A DNA stretch of 64,000 nt from positions 6,438,201-6,502,200 of the forward strand of contig NC_092670.1 in assembly GCF_964355755.1 (NCBI RefSeq), given 5' to 3'. The notes beneath the pieces are model-generated. The model made no database searches. It worked only from the letters and a program-made list of their open reading frames with translations, and was not told the DNA's origin. Below, in pieces: positions 47,928 to 61,600 of the stretch. Each line of letters begins with the position of its first letter. The stretch's first letter is position 1. The position numbers were made by a program, and so were the translations under genes. The DNA comes from Antedon mediterranea (lineage: Eukaryota; Animalia; Echinodermata).

Positions 47928-48447
47928 TTTCTACAGAAGTGTATAATTTTATTAAAGCTATAAATTAACCTATTAAAACCAATTTGATCAATGCTAGCCA
48001 GTTTACTTGCCAATACGTAATTTTTTTCAAACGTGCTTTTTTAATTATGACTTCAGGGCTGTTTATGCTGTGCGTTCGTTAGGAGGACCATTTCGTAAAA
48101 CCCCCGATGGTTTACGATTGCACATCATCGCTTAACCATTGTATTATCGCTGGAAACTTCAATTTCGTTCTTTTACGATCGACTTATAAATCGCACAGAT
48201 GCAAAACGAATAATATATCAATCTCAAGCCATAGGCATAATTCATAGCTTTAACCAATCTGCCCTAACCTTAATATAGGCCTAGACCAACAATGCAGGGA
48301 ATTTTTATCGGAACGGGCACCACCTAATATTATTATTGAATTATGGTAACCCCTCTGGATCTGATTCTCGTCCAAAAACACATTTTTTTTTGCAATTGCA
48401 ATTCTAAGATGGTGCCACAGCTCGAATAAATGTCGTGTTTGTTGTTT

Positions 48448-50787
48448 TAGTCTAAGACCTGGGTCAGATTTGTATGCATTTAATTTAGGAGAGAATATCT
48501 CAACTGTTATAGGATAATTTGACCCCAACAAACAACATGGAATGTGTGTCAAATTGTTCAGAATATACATATTTATATTCGGTCTAACACAACTTTTAGC
48601 GAAAAAATGACCGGAAATGCTTTTACTGACCTTTGACCCAAAAATGACCCAAAACACATTTTCGGGTTAAATTATTCTTTGAAATTCCAATGGACAAACT
48701 GTATGGTATTAAATGAAAGCATACACAATATGCTACCCATTGATACCCAACTTGTATTGACAATTTTTAATTATGAATTGTATGGAAAATGTGCATATTT
48801 TGATTATTTTTATACAAAAATTGAACATTTGGTAGCATAATTGTTATGTTTATTATATAATATTAAATAATTTAAGTGTTTGGAAAAACTATTTAGTATC
48901 AAATGAAAGCCCATAAAATATTCTATCCATTGCTACCCAACTTGTATTAAAAATCTTTAATTATGATGCTAATTTTGTGAAAAATGTGCATATTTTATTG
49001 ATTTTTGAAAAAATGAGTATACTAGATAGTGTAAATTTATTTTGGTTTATTTATAATATTAAATAATTCAAGTGTTCTTTTGGTGTCAAATTGTTCAGAA
49101 TATACATATTTATATTTGGTCTAACACAACTTTTAGCGAAGAAAATGACCGGAAATGCTTTTACTGACCTTTGACCCAAAAATGACCCAAAAACACATTT
49201 TCAGGTTAAATTATTCTTTAAAATGCCAAACTGTATGGTATCAAATGAAAGGATACACAATATGCTACCCATTGCTACCCAACTTGTATTGAAAATTTTT
49301 AATTATGAAGCTAATTGTATGGAAAATGTGCATATTTTGATTATTTTTAAACAAAAAATGAATATTTTGTAGCGTAATTGTTATGTTTATTAATATAATA
49401 TTAAATAATTTAAGTGTTTGGAAAAATTTATTTGGTATCAAATGAAAGCCCATAAAATATTCTATTCATTACTACCCAACTTGTATTAAAAATCTGTAAT
49501 TATGATGCTAATTTTGTTAAAATTGTGCATATTTTATAATTTTTTTTACTAAAATGAGTATATTAAATAGTGTAAATTTATTCTGGTTTATTTATATTTT
49601 TTTTGTTTTTTTTTTGTATTTTGTATTAATATTTGTCCTCAGTGAGGAAATTCGGATTAGGCCCTCCACGGACCCACGGCAGCCAGCAGTGCAGCGCCTA
49701 CCAGATTAGGCAATGAGAGTTAAAGCATCTTGCCTAAGGATGCAATTAGTATGGTACAGATAACCTCGAACCCATGCCTATCACATGCTAGTCCGATATT
49801 ACCATTACACCATCACTCTCCAGTATATACAGCACCCGCCACGATTTCTAGACGGTCTCCCATCCAGAACGCAACCGGGCCCAACGTTGCTTAACTTCGG
49901 TGATCTGACGAGAACCGGTGTTTCAACGCAGTATGGCCGTATCTAATATTAACTAATTCAAGTGTTCTTTTGGTGTCAAATTGTTCAGAATATACATTAT
50001 TTATATTCGGTCTAACACCGAACAAATGTTTAATTATGAAGCTAATTGTATGGAAAAAAGGTAGCATATTGTGTATCATTTTTTAGTCAAAGGTCAGTAA
50101 AAGCATTTCCGGTCATTTTTTCGCTAAAAGTTGTGTTAGACCGAATATAAATATGTATATTCTGAACAATTTGACACCAAAAGAACACTTGAATTAGTTA
50201 ATATTATAAATAAACCAGAATAAATTTACACTATTTAATATACTCATTTTAGTAAATAAAATTATAAAATATGCACAATTTTAACAAAATTAGCATCATA
50301 ATTACAGATTTTTAATACAAGTTGGGTAGTAATGGATAGAATATTTAATGGGCTTTCATTTGATACCAAATAAATTTTTCCAAACACTTAAATTATTTAA
50401 TATTATATTAATAAACATAACAATTACGCTACAAAATATTCATTTTTTGTTTAAAAATAATCAAAATATGCACATTTTCCATACAATTAGCTTCATAATT
50501 AAACATTTTCAATACAAGTTGGGTAGCAATGGGTAGCATATTGTGTATCCTTTCATTTGATACCATACAGTTTGTCTATTGCCATTTTAAAGAATAATTC
50601 AAAGGAGATTGTCGAGATATAAGAACCACACATTTTTAACCATTGACCCCGATTTTGGGCATGTTCGTCCAGGATAGCGAATTTGGCACACATTCCATGT
50701 TGTTCGTTGGGGTCAAATTATCCTATAACAGTTGAGATATTCTCTCCTAAATTAAATGCATACAAATCTGACCCAGGTCCTAGACTA
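48448..50787. mobile_element. foldback-like element with about 100-bp TIRs and internal about 540-bp repeats
   Basis: 48448-48548 is the reverse complement of 50687-50787; direct units at about 48548, 49085 and 49975 (partial), and an inverted unit at about 50077-50600. Confidence 0.8.
49597..49943 (-). mobile_element. composite 5S rRNA + tRNA-derived SINE
   Basis: Minus strand: full-length 5S-like head, then tRNA-like A/B boxes (TGGTGTAATGG...GGTTCGA), TCCTTAGGCAAGATGCTTTAAC central motif, AATTTCCTCACTGAGGACAAATA tail, A-rich end; TA duplicated. Confidence 0.82.
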
Positions 50788-51351
50788 TTTTTATTCTTCA
50801 TTTAGGCTTAGGCCTAAGGCAAATTTGGAAAAGATAACCAAGTGAATGTACTGATTCACTATCCTTCTTTAGTACTCGAAAAATGTAAATATACGTACAA
50901 CTGTTACATTGCATTCGGAACTACTTTAACACCATTTAAACCAATTTACATTGCATACGATCAATAGTAAATAATTAACATACGGATTCTGGTAAAAGGA
51001 ATGTATTATTAAAACTTGCCTGTTCAAGTTGGTGACAGATGTAGAGGTGCTTACCGTATACAAGTAGGCCTATACGTTTGTTTTATACACAGCTAGCATA
51101 ACGGGTCGGTGGAATGGGAGAGGTGAGTATAGACGCAAATTATATTTTAAAAAGATCATAGTATTTTAGGATTAAGATCTGGCCTATTACAGGTTTGCTT
51201 TTGGAAAGTTCAGTCTTTCTATTTTCTTTACACCACATGATACTAGGGCTGTCGTCGGGTGGTGTATAATGTGCATTGATCTCCAAATCACCTCTATATC
51301 TGCTTCTCTTCTTTTCGTTATTAAACACTTAATTAATAATAATAAGTATAT

Positions 51352-53762
51352 GGGCAATTTCACAGTAACCTAGGCCGCAAGTGTCTCACAGGGTCAAAAA
51401 TTCGAAGTCCTTTTTTTACACATTTTCAATTAATTTTGAAACATACAGGTTTATATTTAATAAAAAATAATATTATAAAGCTACAACTATCCGGACATTT
51501 TCACAGTAATAGTAGGAATTTAGTAACTGGAAGAATTTTATTGAAAAATTTGGAAATCTACATCTCAATATTTTTTATTATAACACAAAAGTCACTGCTT
51601 ATTTGGCTAATATTTAATTACTAGTACAGAGTATCAATTAAAAAAATATACTCGCGCTTTATTTATATAAACATCATATGAGTGGAAAAATTGAATTTGT
51701 CTGAGAATTTTAACAATAAATGTTGAATAATTAGCCAACATTAGACTCAAATAAAAAATTTGTGGTATTATATAGCTACAAACACCATAAAACCAACTAA
51801 TTGCCACTTCTACAACTTACTGTGTTAACATTTTGTACTTTTTAAGCTTTACCATGATATAAACTGTAGTTTAACAAGGATTGTTCATTTGTGTCGGAGT
51901 GGACATTTTTGGACATGAATAACAGTATAAATAACTTAAAAATTTGTTATTATATTAAGCATGAATTCAATTTGCTATTTTATGCATAAGTACATGACAC
52001 CAATTGACACAAAACCAAAATGTACAACTATAACACTCATGACCACGCCTAAAACATCATCTGAGTAAGACAAAATTTAATTTGTCAGAGAATTTAACAA
52101 ACGTTTTATCCAAATGAAAAAAATAATGGTCCTACTATTCCATAAAGACATTAAAACCAACCAGTTGGCACTTCTAAAGTGTACAGTGTTAACATTTTGT
52201 ACTTTTTAAGCTTTACCATGAAAAAAACTGTCTTTTAATAAGAATTGTTAATTTGTGTCGGAGTGGACATTTTTTGGACATGAATAAACAGTATAAATAA
52301 TTAAAAACTTGTTAATTTTAAGCATGTTCAATAAATTCAATTTGCTATTTTATGCATTAGTACATGTCACAAAAAAAATGTACAACCATAACACTCATGA
52401 CCATGTCCAAAACATCATCTGAGTAAAACAAAATTGAATTTGTCAGAGAGTTTTAACAAACGTTCTATCCAAATATAAAAAATAATGGTCTTATCATAGC
52501 CAAACACCATAAAACCATCAGTTGGCATTTATCCATAAAGACATTAAAACCAACCAGTTGGCACTTCTAAAGTGTACAGTGTTAACATTTTGTACTTTTT
52601 AAGCTTTACCATGAAAAAAACTGTCTTTTAATAAGAATTGTTAATATGTGTCGGAGTGGACAATTTTTGGACATATTAAACAGGACATGAAAAACTTCAA
52701 TATTAAACATGTTAAATTTTTTTGGTGTTTTTTTTGCATTAAATACTTAAATTGATCACCTATAACAACCAGTATTATTAGTAATTCATAACTTTTGCCA
52801 TGGTGGCTTCAACTAGTTTAAAATTATTTTCTGAGAGGCTAAAATGCCACCTCGAAGCAGGTGCCGGTGGCTCGTTAATAATACTAAAAACACACTTAAA
52901 CAAGATTATTTTCACTTAAATAGCAATGACACAAACAGATAGAAATAAAATAACAATAACATTGTCTCATAGTTGTTACAAAATCAGCCATTTTACTTTG
53001 ATCAAATATGTGTGTCGGAGTGGACATTATGTGAACACCATATTAGAGTGCATTACAGTGAATTACTTGGGTTTAGAGACATTATATGTGCATTATATTA
53101 ATTGTAGTATGTCAGCTTATAATTTTTGCTGTGAATATTCAACTTTTTATATTATTAACATAAAAATTGATAATAGTTTATGAGGTGTCGGAGTGGACTT
53201 TTTTTTGGACGGACAGATTTCGATTCCCCGGCATTCAGCCAAATTGTCAGTTAAATATATTATTTAAGTTTTAATGTATGGTCAATCTTATTAGTGTTGT
53301 ATATAGATGAAAAACAGTAGACTTGCTTACTTATTTGCTCTGGATATAAGCCAACGTGTCGGAGTGGACATTTTGGACGGACAGAATTACAATAATGAAA
53401 ACAACAAAAAAGTTAAACATGTATACATTTCACACTCATTGTTTATACCTTATACGTTTGGGGGTAGATCAACCAATTTAAATGTACATAATTCATATAA
53501 ATATATATACATACAAACAACAACAATGCATTTCATAAAAATGATTTTTTGCAATGAGACACTCAATTTTGTTAAAAAACATGACATTTTTGGCCGCTGT
53601 AACAAAAGTTTTCATCGTAGCTCAATAAAATTTTTTTTGTAGTTTGCCCATCAGGTGCTTTATCAAAAATTACAAACTAAATTAGACAAATACAACCTGA
53701 TGAAGAGCTATTTGCTTATTTCTCAGTTATTACCGACGGCCTAGGTTACTGTGAAATTGCCC
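51352..53762. mobile_element. Sola-like non-autonomous DNA transposon (2.4 kb)
   Basis: Perfect TIR GGGCAATTTCACAGTAACCTAGGCCG, 4-bp TSD ATAT; internal about 360-390-bp tandem units and six GTGTCGGAGTGGAC motifs. Confidence 0.82.
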
Positions 53763-54112
53763 ATATGTTATATATATGGGTTACCAATACAGTAATAGGT
53801 TCATGGTTAGGCTGCTTCTTCTTTCGTGAAAGGTTGAGAAAAAGCCTTCAGCCGTGTACTATTGTACACATGCACAATAGGCCTACAAATATCTCTGACG
53901 CCATATTTTATGCCTAACTAATGTGTTTTTGTTTTCATTTCAATTCATTTAGCTGTTATACTTATGCATACAAAAAATATGAAACAATAACAAATCTTTA
54001 ATATTTACGATTACCACGCTCCCGTAAAATAGTCAAATGAGCTTGTACGTGTATATATTTTTCATTACGAACATTTTAAGCATATTAATAGTATAGGTTC
54101 AATGCCATTTTT

Positions 54113-54262
54113 AAAGGATTTATTTGTTACTTTTTATGTGATTCTTTTTCATAAAGGTTCTGATGAGGCCTAATTCTAAGGTGTGGTATTCACGATAATT
54201 TGCTTTTACAAATTTTGAGTGGAAATAAAAGATAGATACGTACGAAAGGCAACTAGTGCCGT
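54113..54262. mobile_element. fragment homologous to the nested inverted module of the 2-kb elements
   Basis: AAGGATTTATTTGTTACTTTTTATGTGATTCTTT...TTCTAAGGTGTGGTATTCAC matches 32446-32523. Confidence 0.7.
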
Positions 54263-55574
54263 ATTTTGTATCAATAATATAATAAAGAAATATGAAAATT
54301 TGACTTGTAGTTTTGTTAATACACTGTGCTCAAGTGGACTCAATTTGGCGACAGGGGAGCACAGTTATATGAAATAGAAATAAGTCACTGAATTTTAATA
54401 TCTTTTTGTACTTCACTGGTGTCAAATTTGGTTCACTGGACCGGTTACCGTAGTACTATTTCCTCTGCCATGAGTACTACGTGTTGTTGTCTTAAAAATG
54501 TATCTCTACATATTGTCGATTTTAATTCTCCTAATCGAACACTTTTTTCCTTTTTCCTGAACTTTTTTTTTGTCTGTGATTTCCTCTACCACCGGAAGGA
54601 AATATGAACACAGGCCTAATACAAACGTTTCAAATTAGAATACAATCAATTACACAAACGTTAGAAAAGGATTTATGGAATTGTATTTAACTGTATTTTT
54701 GTTTTATTGCTACTGAAAACATCATATACATAAGGGATCATGTCAAAATGATTACATTGTAGTTACTGCAGTAACTATTTTGTTTTTTTTACTGCAATCG
54801 TATTATTTTAGTTTGTTCCAATTTTTGGGAATCAGTCACTGCATCAATGTATGTTTATCCCCAACAGATTGCTTATTTTGTAATCTTATTTCAATGAATT
54901 GTGTAGATACTTGGGTTAATTTTATTTCCGGTGACCTATCTATTAATTAAGATTCAGTATGTCCTAGGAAGCATGTTATTTCATAAAAATAACTCAGATT
55001 TATGCTGTGCTTGACAGTTATTGTAACATTTATACAAGCCGTTCCTTGAAACGAAGAAATGCAATTCTATCACAACTTTTTACTGTTTTATTTTAAAATG
55101 TGTTTTTTTTCTTTTCAATTGCTGTTGCAAAGTTAGTACTTGTTTTTGTTTAAAAATAAGGTTTGTAATAGCGTTGAGTCAAAACACTGTTAAAAAAGTG
55201 TTGTTCCAAATAAATATGATTATTATTATTATAAATAGTGTTTTATAAAGACTACAGTTATTACCGCGTAAACATGGTAACGAAAAAAACACGGTAATTT
55301 GTTTCTATTGATTGTCGTTGTATTTGTATTAACCAATGCATTAATGACAACTATAAAGCAGAAATAAACCACTTTTGAAAATAAGGCTTAACGATCATCG
55401 TTCATACTTTATCGCAAATATCAAAAAACATAATATCTAATTCTTTTTTCAATCTCTTCCCAACAGATGTTACGGATAAAAAGAAACCTGCCACTGCTCA
55501 TGCATTTAAATTAAATAAATCAATAATCCGTCCGCCACATGACGCCTGATTGAGTGAACCATTATTATCAAAAA

Positions 55575-55640
55575 ATGGCCTGGAAATCGAAAATTGTTGT
55601 TGTATTGATCATAGTTTGGTTTGCATTAATTGTCCAATAC
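55575..55640 (+). CDS. NXPE3: NXPE coding exon 1 (signal anchor)
   Basis: MAWKSKIVVVLIIVWFALIVQY; TAC/GTAAGT donor; acceptor ends 55466. Confidence 0.78.
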
Positions 55641-58600
55641 GTAAGTATGGTTACATCGATAAAACATTATTAATAGGCCTATTATAATTGTTTTCTAATT
55701 CTTAATTAAAGTAATAAAATGTAACACTGTGTGCCCACTATTCCGTCCCTATCCACTTCAACTGTTCATTTCAAGAATAATAAGTAATGATACGGTAATC
55801 AATTTCGTCTTGCCAGATTTTCTTTATTTTATATATTCATGTTTGGTTTATAAACCGAGGTAAACATTGTTGTCAAAATTAAATTTGGTTTTTCCGGTTC
55901 CTGAAAGAGTGACTGAATGTTATTTTAAAGATAACTTATTGTAAATACTTCTTAAAACGCCAGTAAATTACGGAGAGGTTAGAAACAATAACAGTTTAGA
56001 CAACAATGGTCAACGCTTTAATATTATATTTGTCCAATTGCATGTTAACTTCAACCAATCGAATTTAATTTTTACCTTATTTAAGAATGATATATTATAC
56101 CATTTCATAATTATAGTTTTATTATTTTGATTAGAATACCAACTTCATTATACCAGGGCACATATCATACATCATTCCAAAACCAAAGCATTACAATAGT
56201 AACAGAGTAAGTAGTTTAAACACATGTTTATTTGTGTAGTAGTACTAGTAATTAATAATTAATAATTAGAAAATCGAAATTAATAACCGCTATGATGTCA
56301 AATCGGATCTCCCTGTGTTTTTGTATAGAGTTAAAAAAAAAGTAGGACCTACATGGGCCTAAAGTGTTGAATTATTAACCATGTACACAATAGCAGTAAG
56401 ACAATTGTTTATAATTTCACTTAAATCTTAAAGCTCAGGTAGAGGCATGAATTTTAAATATAATATCTGGTCAAATGTACTTAAATCAATATGTGTCACA
56501 GAAATCAAGACAAAAAACACATGAATTTCCCTTAAAATTACCAAATACACAATTTTGGCAAAATTCTGTTATAAACGCCAGACAGACTTTTTTATGATAA
56601 ATATAATATAATTATGTTTTTAAAACATAAAAAATACAACATTTAAAAGTACGAAAATTAGTAAAATAACAAGACACGAGTCTTTGAAACCTCTAAAAAC
56701 TACATCTGATGCTAATTACATTTTATTAATTAAACAGATCATTTCAGAATCAACTTTGAAGAATTATTCTGCGACGGAAGTGTATACAAATAGGTCTGAG
56801 TTTAAACATGCAGTACTAACAACAAATAAACCCAGAAGTACTATTCGTAACCTTATAGTATCCCTGACAGAGAACGTAGGAATGATTGATCTTATTAAAA
56901 CCACCTTTCAGCTGAAGAATCCAAATAGAACTGTTAAAGTCGGTGATTACTTTAATGTGACTATCGAGGCCCGTGATAGAAATGGTCGCCATCGCAAGAA
57001 GGGAGGAGATTTCTTGTTTGCAAGTATCAAAAGTAATAAAGGCAACTCGGCAGGAAAAGTAACAGACTTCAACAACGGGACATATGAAATAGTTTTCTTT
57101 GCCGGTTGGCCTGGCATTATCAGTATCGCGGTTGTCCTTGTACACCCGTCTGAGGCGGTAGATTATATCGAACAAGAAGTGTGGCCTATGAAGGAAAGAA
57201 TTGTATGGCAAGGGCGTTTCCAGACCGCCAATGCCAGTCAAATAACAACGTGCAGATTTCGTGATGATGTCTTGCTGAATTCATGTAATTATAGCTACCC
57301 ATTGGCTATTGGAAAGACGGCTTTCTACTGTGATAAGCCAGATCAAATTCCGTGTAACAAACTGATCAATCTTAAATCAGATGGCGATTACGTTAATAAA
57401 AAGTTTTCCAAATTCTATAACTCTCATCAAACTCTTTTCAACGGGTAAGTATGATATATTGTCGCTTCGTTAAATATAACAGTCAATCTTTCAACTCATA
57501 ACATATTTTCAACAATCCACCTCATAAATATTCATTATTTGTATATTAATGTATGGTCATGATATGGGACCGGTTTAGACTTCGTTATTTATACGGATAA
57601 GTCCGTTTCTACCAACCAAAGGTAGCGTTAATGATGTCCAAAGGCAATCTAAAAACAGGATGCTGAGCTCCAGAGATAAAAGAGTTTATCAGTTTATCTT
57701 GCAAAGAGAGGAACTCTTAACAGTCCTTTGTTCTTATATCCGGCTGCGACAGTACTATGTACATATTCTCCGTGGCGCGCGGTGCCTGTTGTGGTGTTGG
57801 TGTGTAACTGATCGTGTCACAGCCAGATATAAGATCAAATGACTGTTACGAGTTCCTATCTTGGCAAGGCAAACTGAAATGTCCTATTTTTACAATATCT
57901 TGATGAAACCCATCAATATGCTGATATATAAAATGGAATGCTATGGCATACGTGGTATTGTGTTAGACTGGTTCAGGAGTTACCTAAACCACAGAACTCA
58001 GTATGTTACTATTGAATCACACAAATCAATAAAAAGAGAAGTAAAAGTTGGTGTTTCACAGGGATCTATCATTGGCCCATTGCTATTTTTGTTATTTATA
58101 AATGACATATTTTGTGTAAGCAAAGTTGTCGAACTTATTATATTCGCGGACGATACAAACCTATTCCTCAAACATAATGACCCCATAGTTGCATGTAATA
58201 TACTAAACTGCGAATTACAACGACTAACCACTTGGTTTAGAGCTAACAAACTCTCAATTAATACAAATAAAACTAAATATATAATCTTTAGAGGGCGCCA
58301 GAATTTAACCGACTTCACAGACATGCAACTATACGTAAATAACACCACACTCGAAGAAGTAACCCATATCAAATTCTTAGGAGTTACCTTAGACAAATTT
58401 TTGTCCTTCTGTACCCATATTGATGGCATTGCAAACAAAGTTTCAAAGATAATAGGAATTCTGAATAAATTAAAGTATTTTTTACCATATATGACTCTAT
58501 TGCAAATTTATAAATCTATAATCCTTCCCCATTTAACGTATGCAATAGTAGTATGGGGCTCCTTCGGACCAAGTAAATTAAACCGACTTCACATCCTCCA

Positions 58601-61600
58601 GAAAAAAGCACTACGAATTATATGCAAAGTCCACTATCAACATCCTTCCCAACCGCTATTTATACAAACCAACACATTAAATATATTCGATCTTTATGAA
58701 AAACATATGGCAATACTACTCTTCCAATTTCATAATAAACAGCTCCCAATTACGTTTGACACTTACTTTCAAACAATTGAATCAACACATAATTATGATA
58801 CCAGGAATAAAAAAAACTATACCACTGTACTAAAAAGAACCAAAATAGGACAACAGAGTATATGCTATAGGGGTGCCAAGACATGGAATAGCCTTGAAAA
58901 CTCAGTAAGAGAAATCAGGAGTATAGGACTATTTAAAAAAACAATTCATACTAATCTCCTCAAAAAATATTCTAATACCTAAAATCACAACGTATTATGA
59001 ACAAAATATTTATCATTATCGATTTTTTTGGTGATTTTTTATGAATGATCTATTCTGGTCATATTTTTGAAATTGTTATTACATGTATAATAATATATAT
59101 ATTTTTTTATTCAACTGTCATTTATGATTATTGCTTATTGTCTCTATTGTTTACATATATATTTACTAATTGTTATTTTTTTTATTGTAATTTATTTATT
59201 TATTTATTTTTTCCAATTTTTAATTGTTAAATAGGACATAACATTTTAAAGCTTTGCTTATAGTGATGCTCGATTCAATCAATCAATATATAACTTTTGC
59301 TTAAAACCATGTTCAACTGTAGGCCGTTGCCAATATACAGTAATCTTCCTAAACACTGCTACTTTTAATACTTACATAATTATATGTTTTCATCTTTTCC
59401 ATTGATTGTAAACCTCTAATTAAACTTTCCAGTATTTTATTATTCAACTTCTGTTTCAAATAATAGTCAATATAAACAATTAATTTTTATTATTATCATT
59501 ACTGTAAATAATCATTGTATATATTTTATAATTAATATTTATATTGGTCTTGTTTTTTTGTAAAAATCTACTGTAATATTATACCTTATTGTGTTTACCA
59601 TTATAACAAATGTACGATTGATTGAATAAAGTTCACAAAGTTCATAAAGTTGCGGTACACCACGCATATTAGTTCTAAAAAGAAAGAGTTTCTCGACGTT
59701 TCAATCAATATGCTTTGATCGTCCACCTACGTGGTGTACCGCTACTTTATATCAACTTAGAAGACAATGGTTGTAATAGAAAACATTTTAAACTTCGTTT
59801 GTTTGTTGTAGGAAAAATTGACATATCTATCATCTATTTTCTTTTTTAAATATATTTTTGTCAATTACCGGTACAGTATATATCATATTTACCATTCAGA
59901 CGTACCTACAAAAATTGATTGCTTGATATCATAAGCATAACGTATATTTTTTGTTTGTTTTTATTAGAGACGTGGCGTACAAACTTTTGATCAATGGAAC
60001 GACTTCAGTCAATATAAGTCTTGCCGGTAAGAAAACTATACAATATTGTATACTTAAGCTCTGTCTACACTATCAAACTAGTTTGACAAAAATGAGATAT
60101 GCCCAAATATGATAGTGATATGCCCAAATATGGTAGTGGTATGACATCATTTAATTTAATCATTTAATTTTTTATTCTAAATTGTTTGTGCTTTATTTTA
60201 TCTTTATAAATTACATTTATTTTAATGTTATTTTGATTGTTACATGTTTACGTCTCATCATGATGTATTTTTGTGAGGGTCCCTAATGATCAGCTTCGGT
60301 TGGATGGACCACCCTCGTAAAATATTGTTGAAATAAAATAAAAATAAAATCATCATGTCTATATATGGGCACATCACATTTTGTTGTTACATATACTTTG
60401 ATAGACAGACAGGCAGAGTTTTAAGTGTATTATTCAAAAAGATCATACCATCAATGTGACATGAGTACTTGTTGCCTTATAGTAAACCAACAGAACATAA
60501 GTAGGGTGGGTGAACTAAAAAACGTAGATTTTATTCTCGAAATACGTCCATAAAGCAATATAAAATACGCTAATCTGTCCAAAAATTAAGGACGGAAAGC
60601 TTTTTCAAAATATTCTCCCCATTCAACGGTAACAGAATATTCATTATATGTTTTATAACACATTTACTGTTCTTAAGTAATTGTTTTATTCAATCTATCA
60701 GCCGCTTCCTTCTATTGCGTTGTTCAATAATTTAAAACAAAAGTTGACCGTGCAATAGTAACTTCAGTCGTTAAAATGGAAGAATATAAGGCAAAATACA
60801 CGGCACGTTTATACGAAATCAACCAATCTATAATAAACTTAGGTGTTGTCAAATGCTGTTAATAATAGGATTATTTGAATTGCGACGACCCACGACCAAA
60901 TTACGTCATGTTAGTACAGCATGCTGTAATTTTGTGCCTTCGTTCCTCACTTCGACAAAAGTTTGATGGTTTCTGGATCCAGGCGACGACTGACGAAACA
61001 TCTATTGATATCTGACATATCGCAAATCGAAAGCTTCCTATTGACTTTCTAGATGTGTGCCTAACTGTACAGCAAACTCATTACATTTGGGACTTCACAA
61101 CTTGCAATTATATTTGTACAAAAGGTTTACACAGATTAACCAAAATATTTTTCTAACACAAAACTAGTTACTGAGTAGCTATTTATATTGTTATTATTAA
61201 TTTCGTCTTAATATCCATACAACAGATAACCAAACATCTTTGTTTGCAAACATACCTGAGTGCAAGGCTGATTTACCCATTCCTCCTAGTGATGGATTCT
61301 GGACTGGAGCCACATGGAATTCCTTAAAGTGCAAAACAAAACAATGGACAAAACCCGAAATTATCGAATGTATAAAAGGAAAACATATTATATTAATGGG
61401 CGATTCTACGACAAGACAATGGGCTGAGGGATTGCTGGAAATCATGAAAGTCTCAACTAATGAAAACACGAGTAGACCCTCTGTCAAGCATTATCTACAC
61501 CATAGTGATATTATGAATTTGGACTTTTATTTCCATCCATATACAATTGGTAAAGCTGGAATGCCATACAGACTTGGAAAATGGGAGTATGAAATTCTAG

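Noticed and set aside
49826-49943. Functional 5S rRNA gene
   Set aside because: The 3' half is diverged, no oligo-T terminator follows, it is fused to a SINE body, and an empty site exists in the sister repeat. The copy at 30214 has an internal deletion.
49265-50536. Pair of near-identical 62-aa ORFs
   Set aside because: They are products of inverted non-coding repeat modules.
57861-58982. Host gene or NXPE exon
   Set aside because: It has clear LINE RT motifs and is 5'-truncated, and the NXPE exons join in phase without it.
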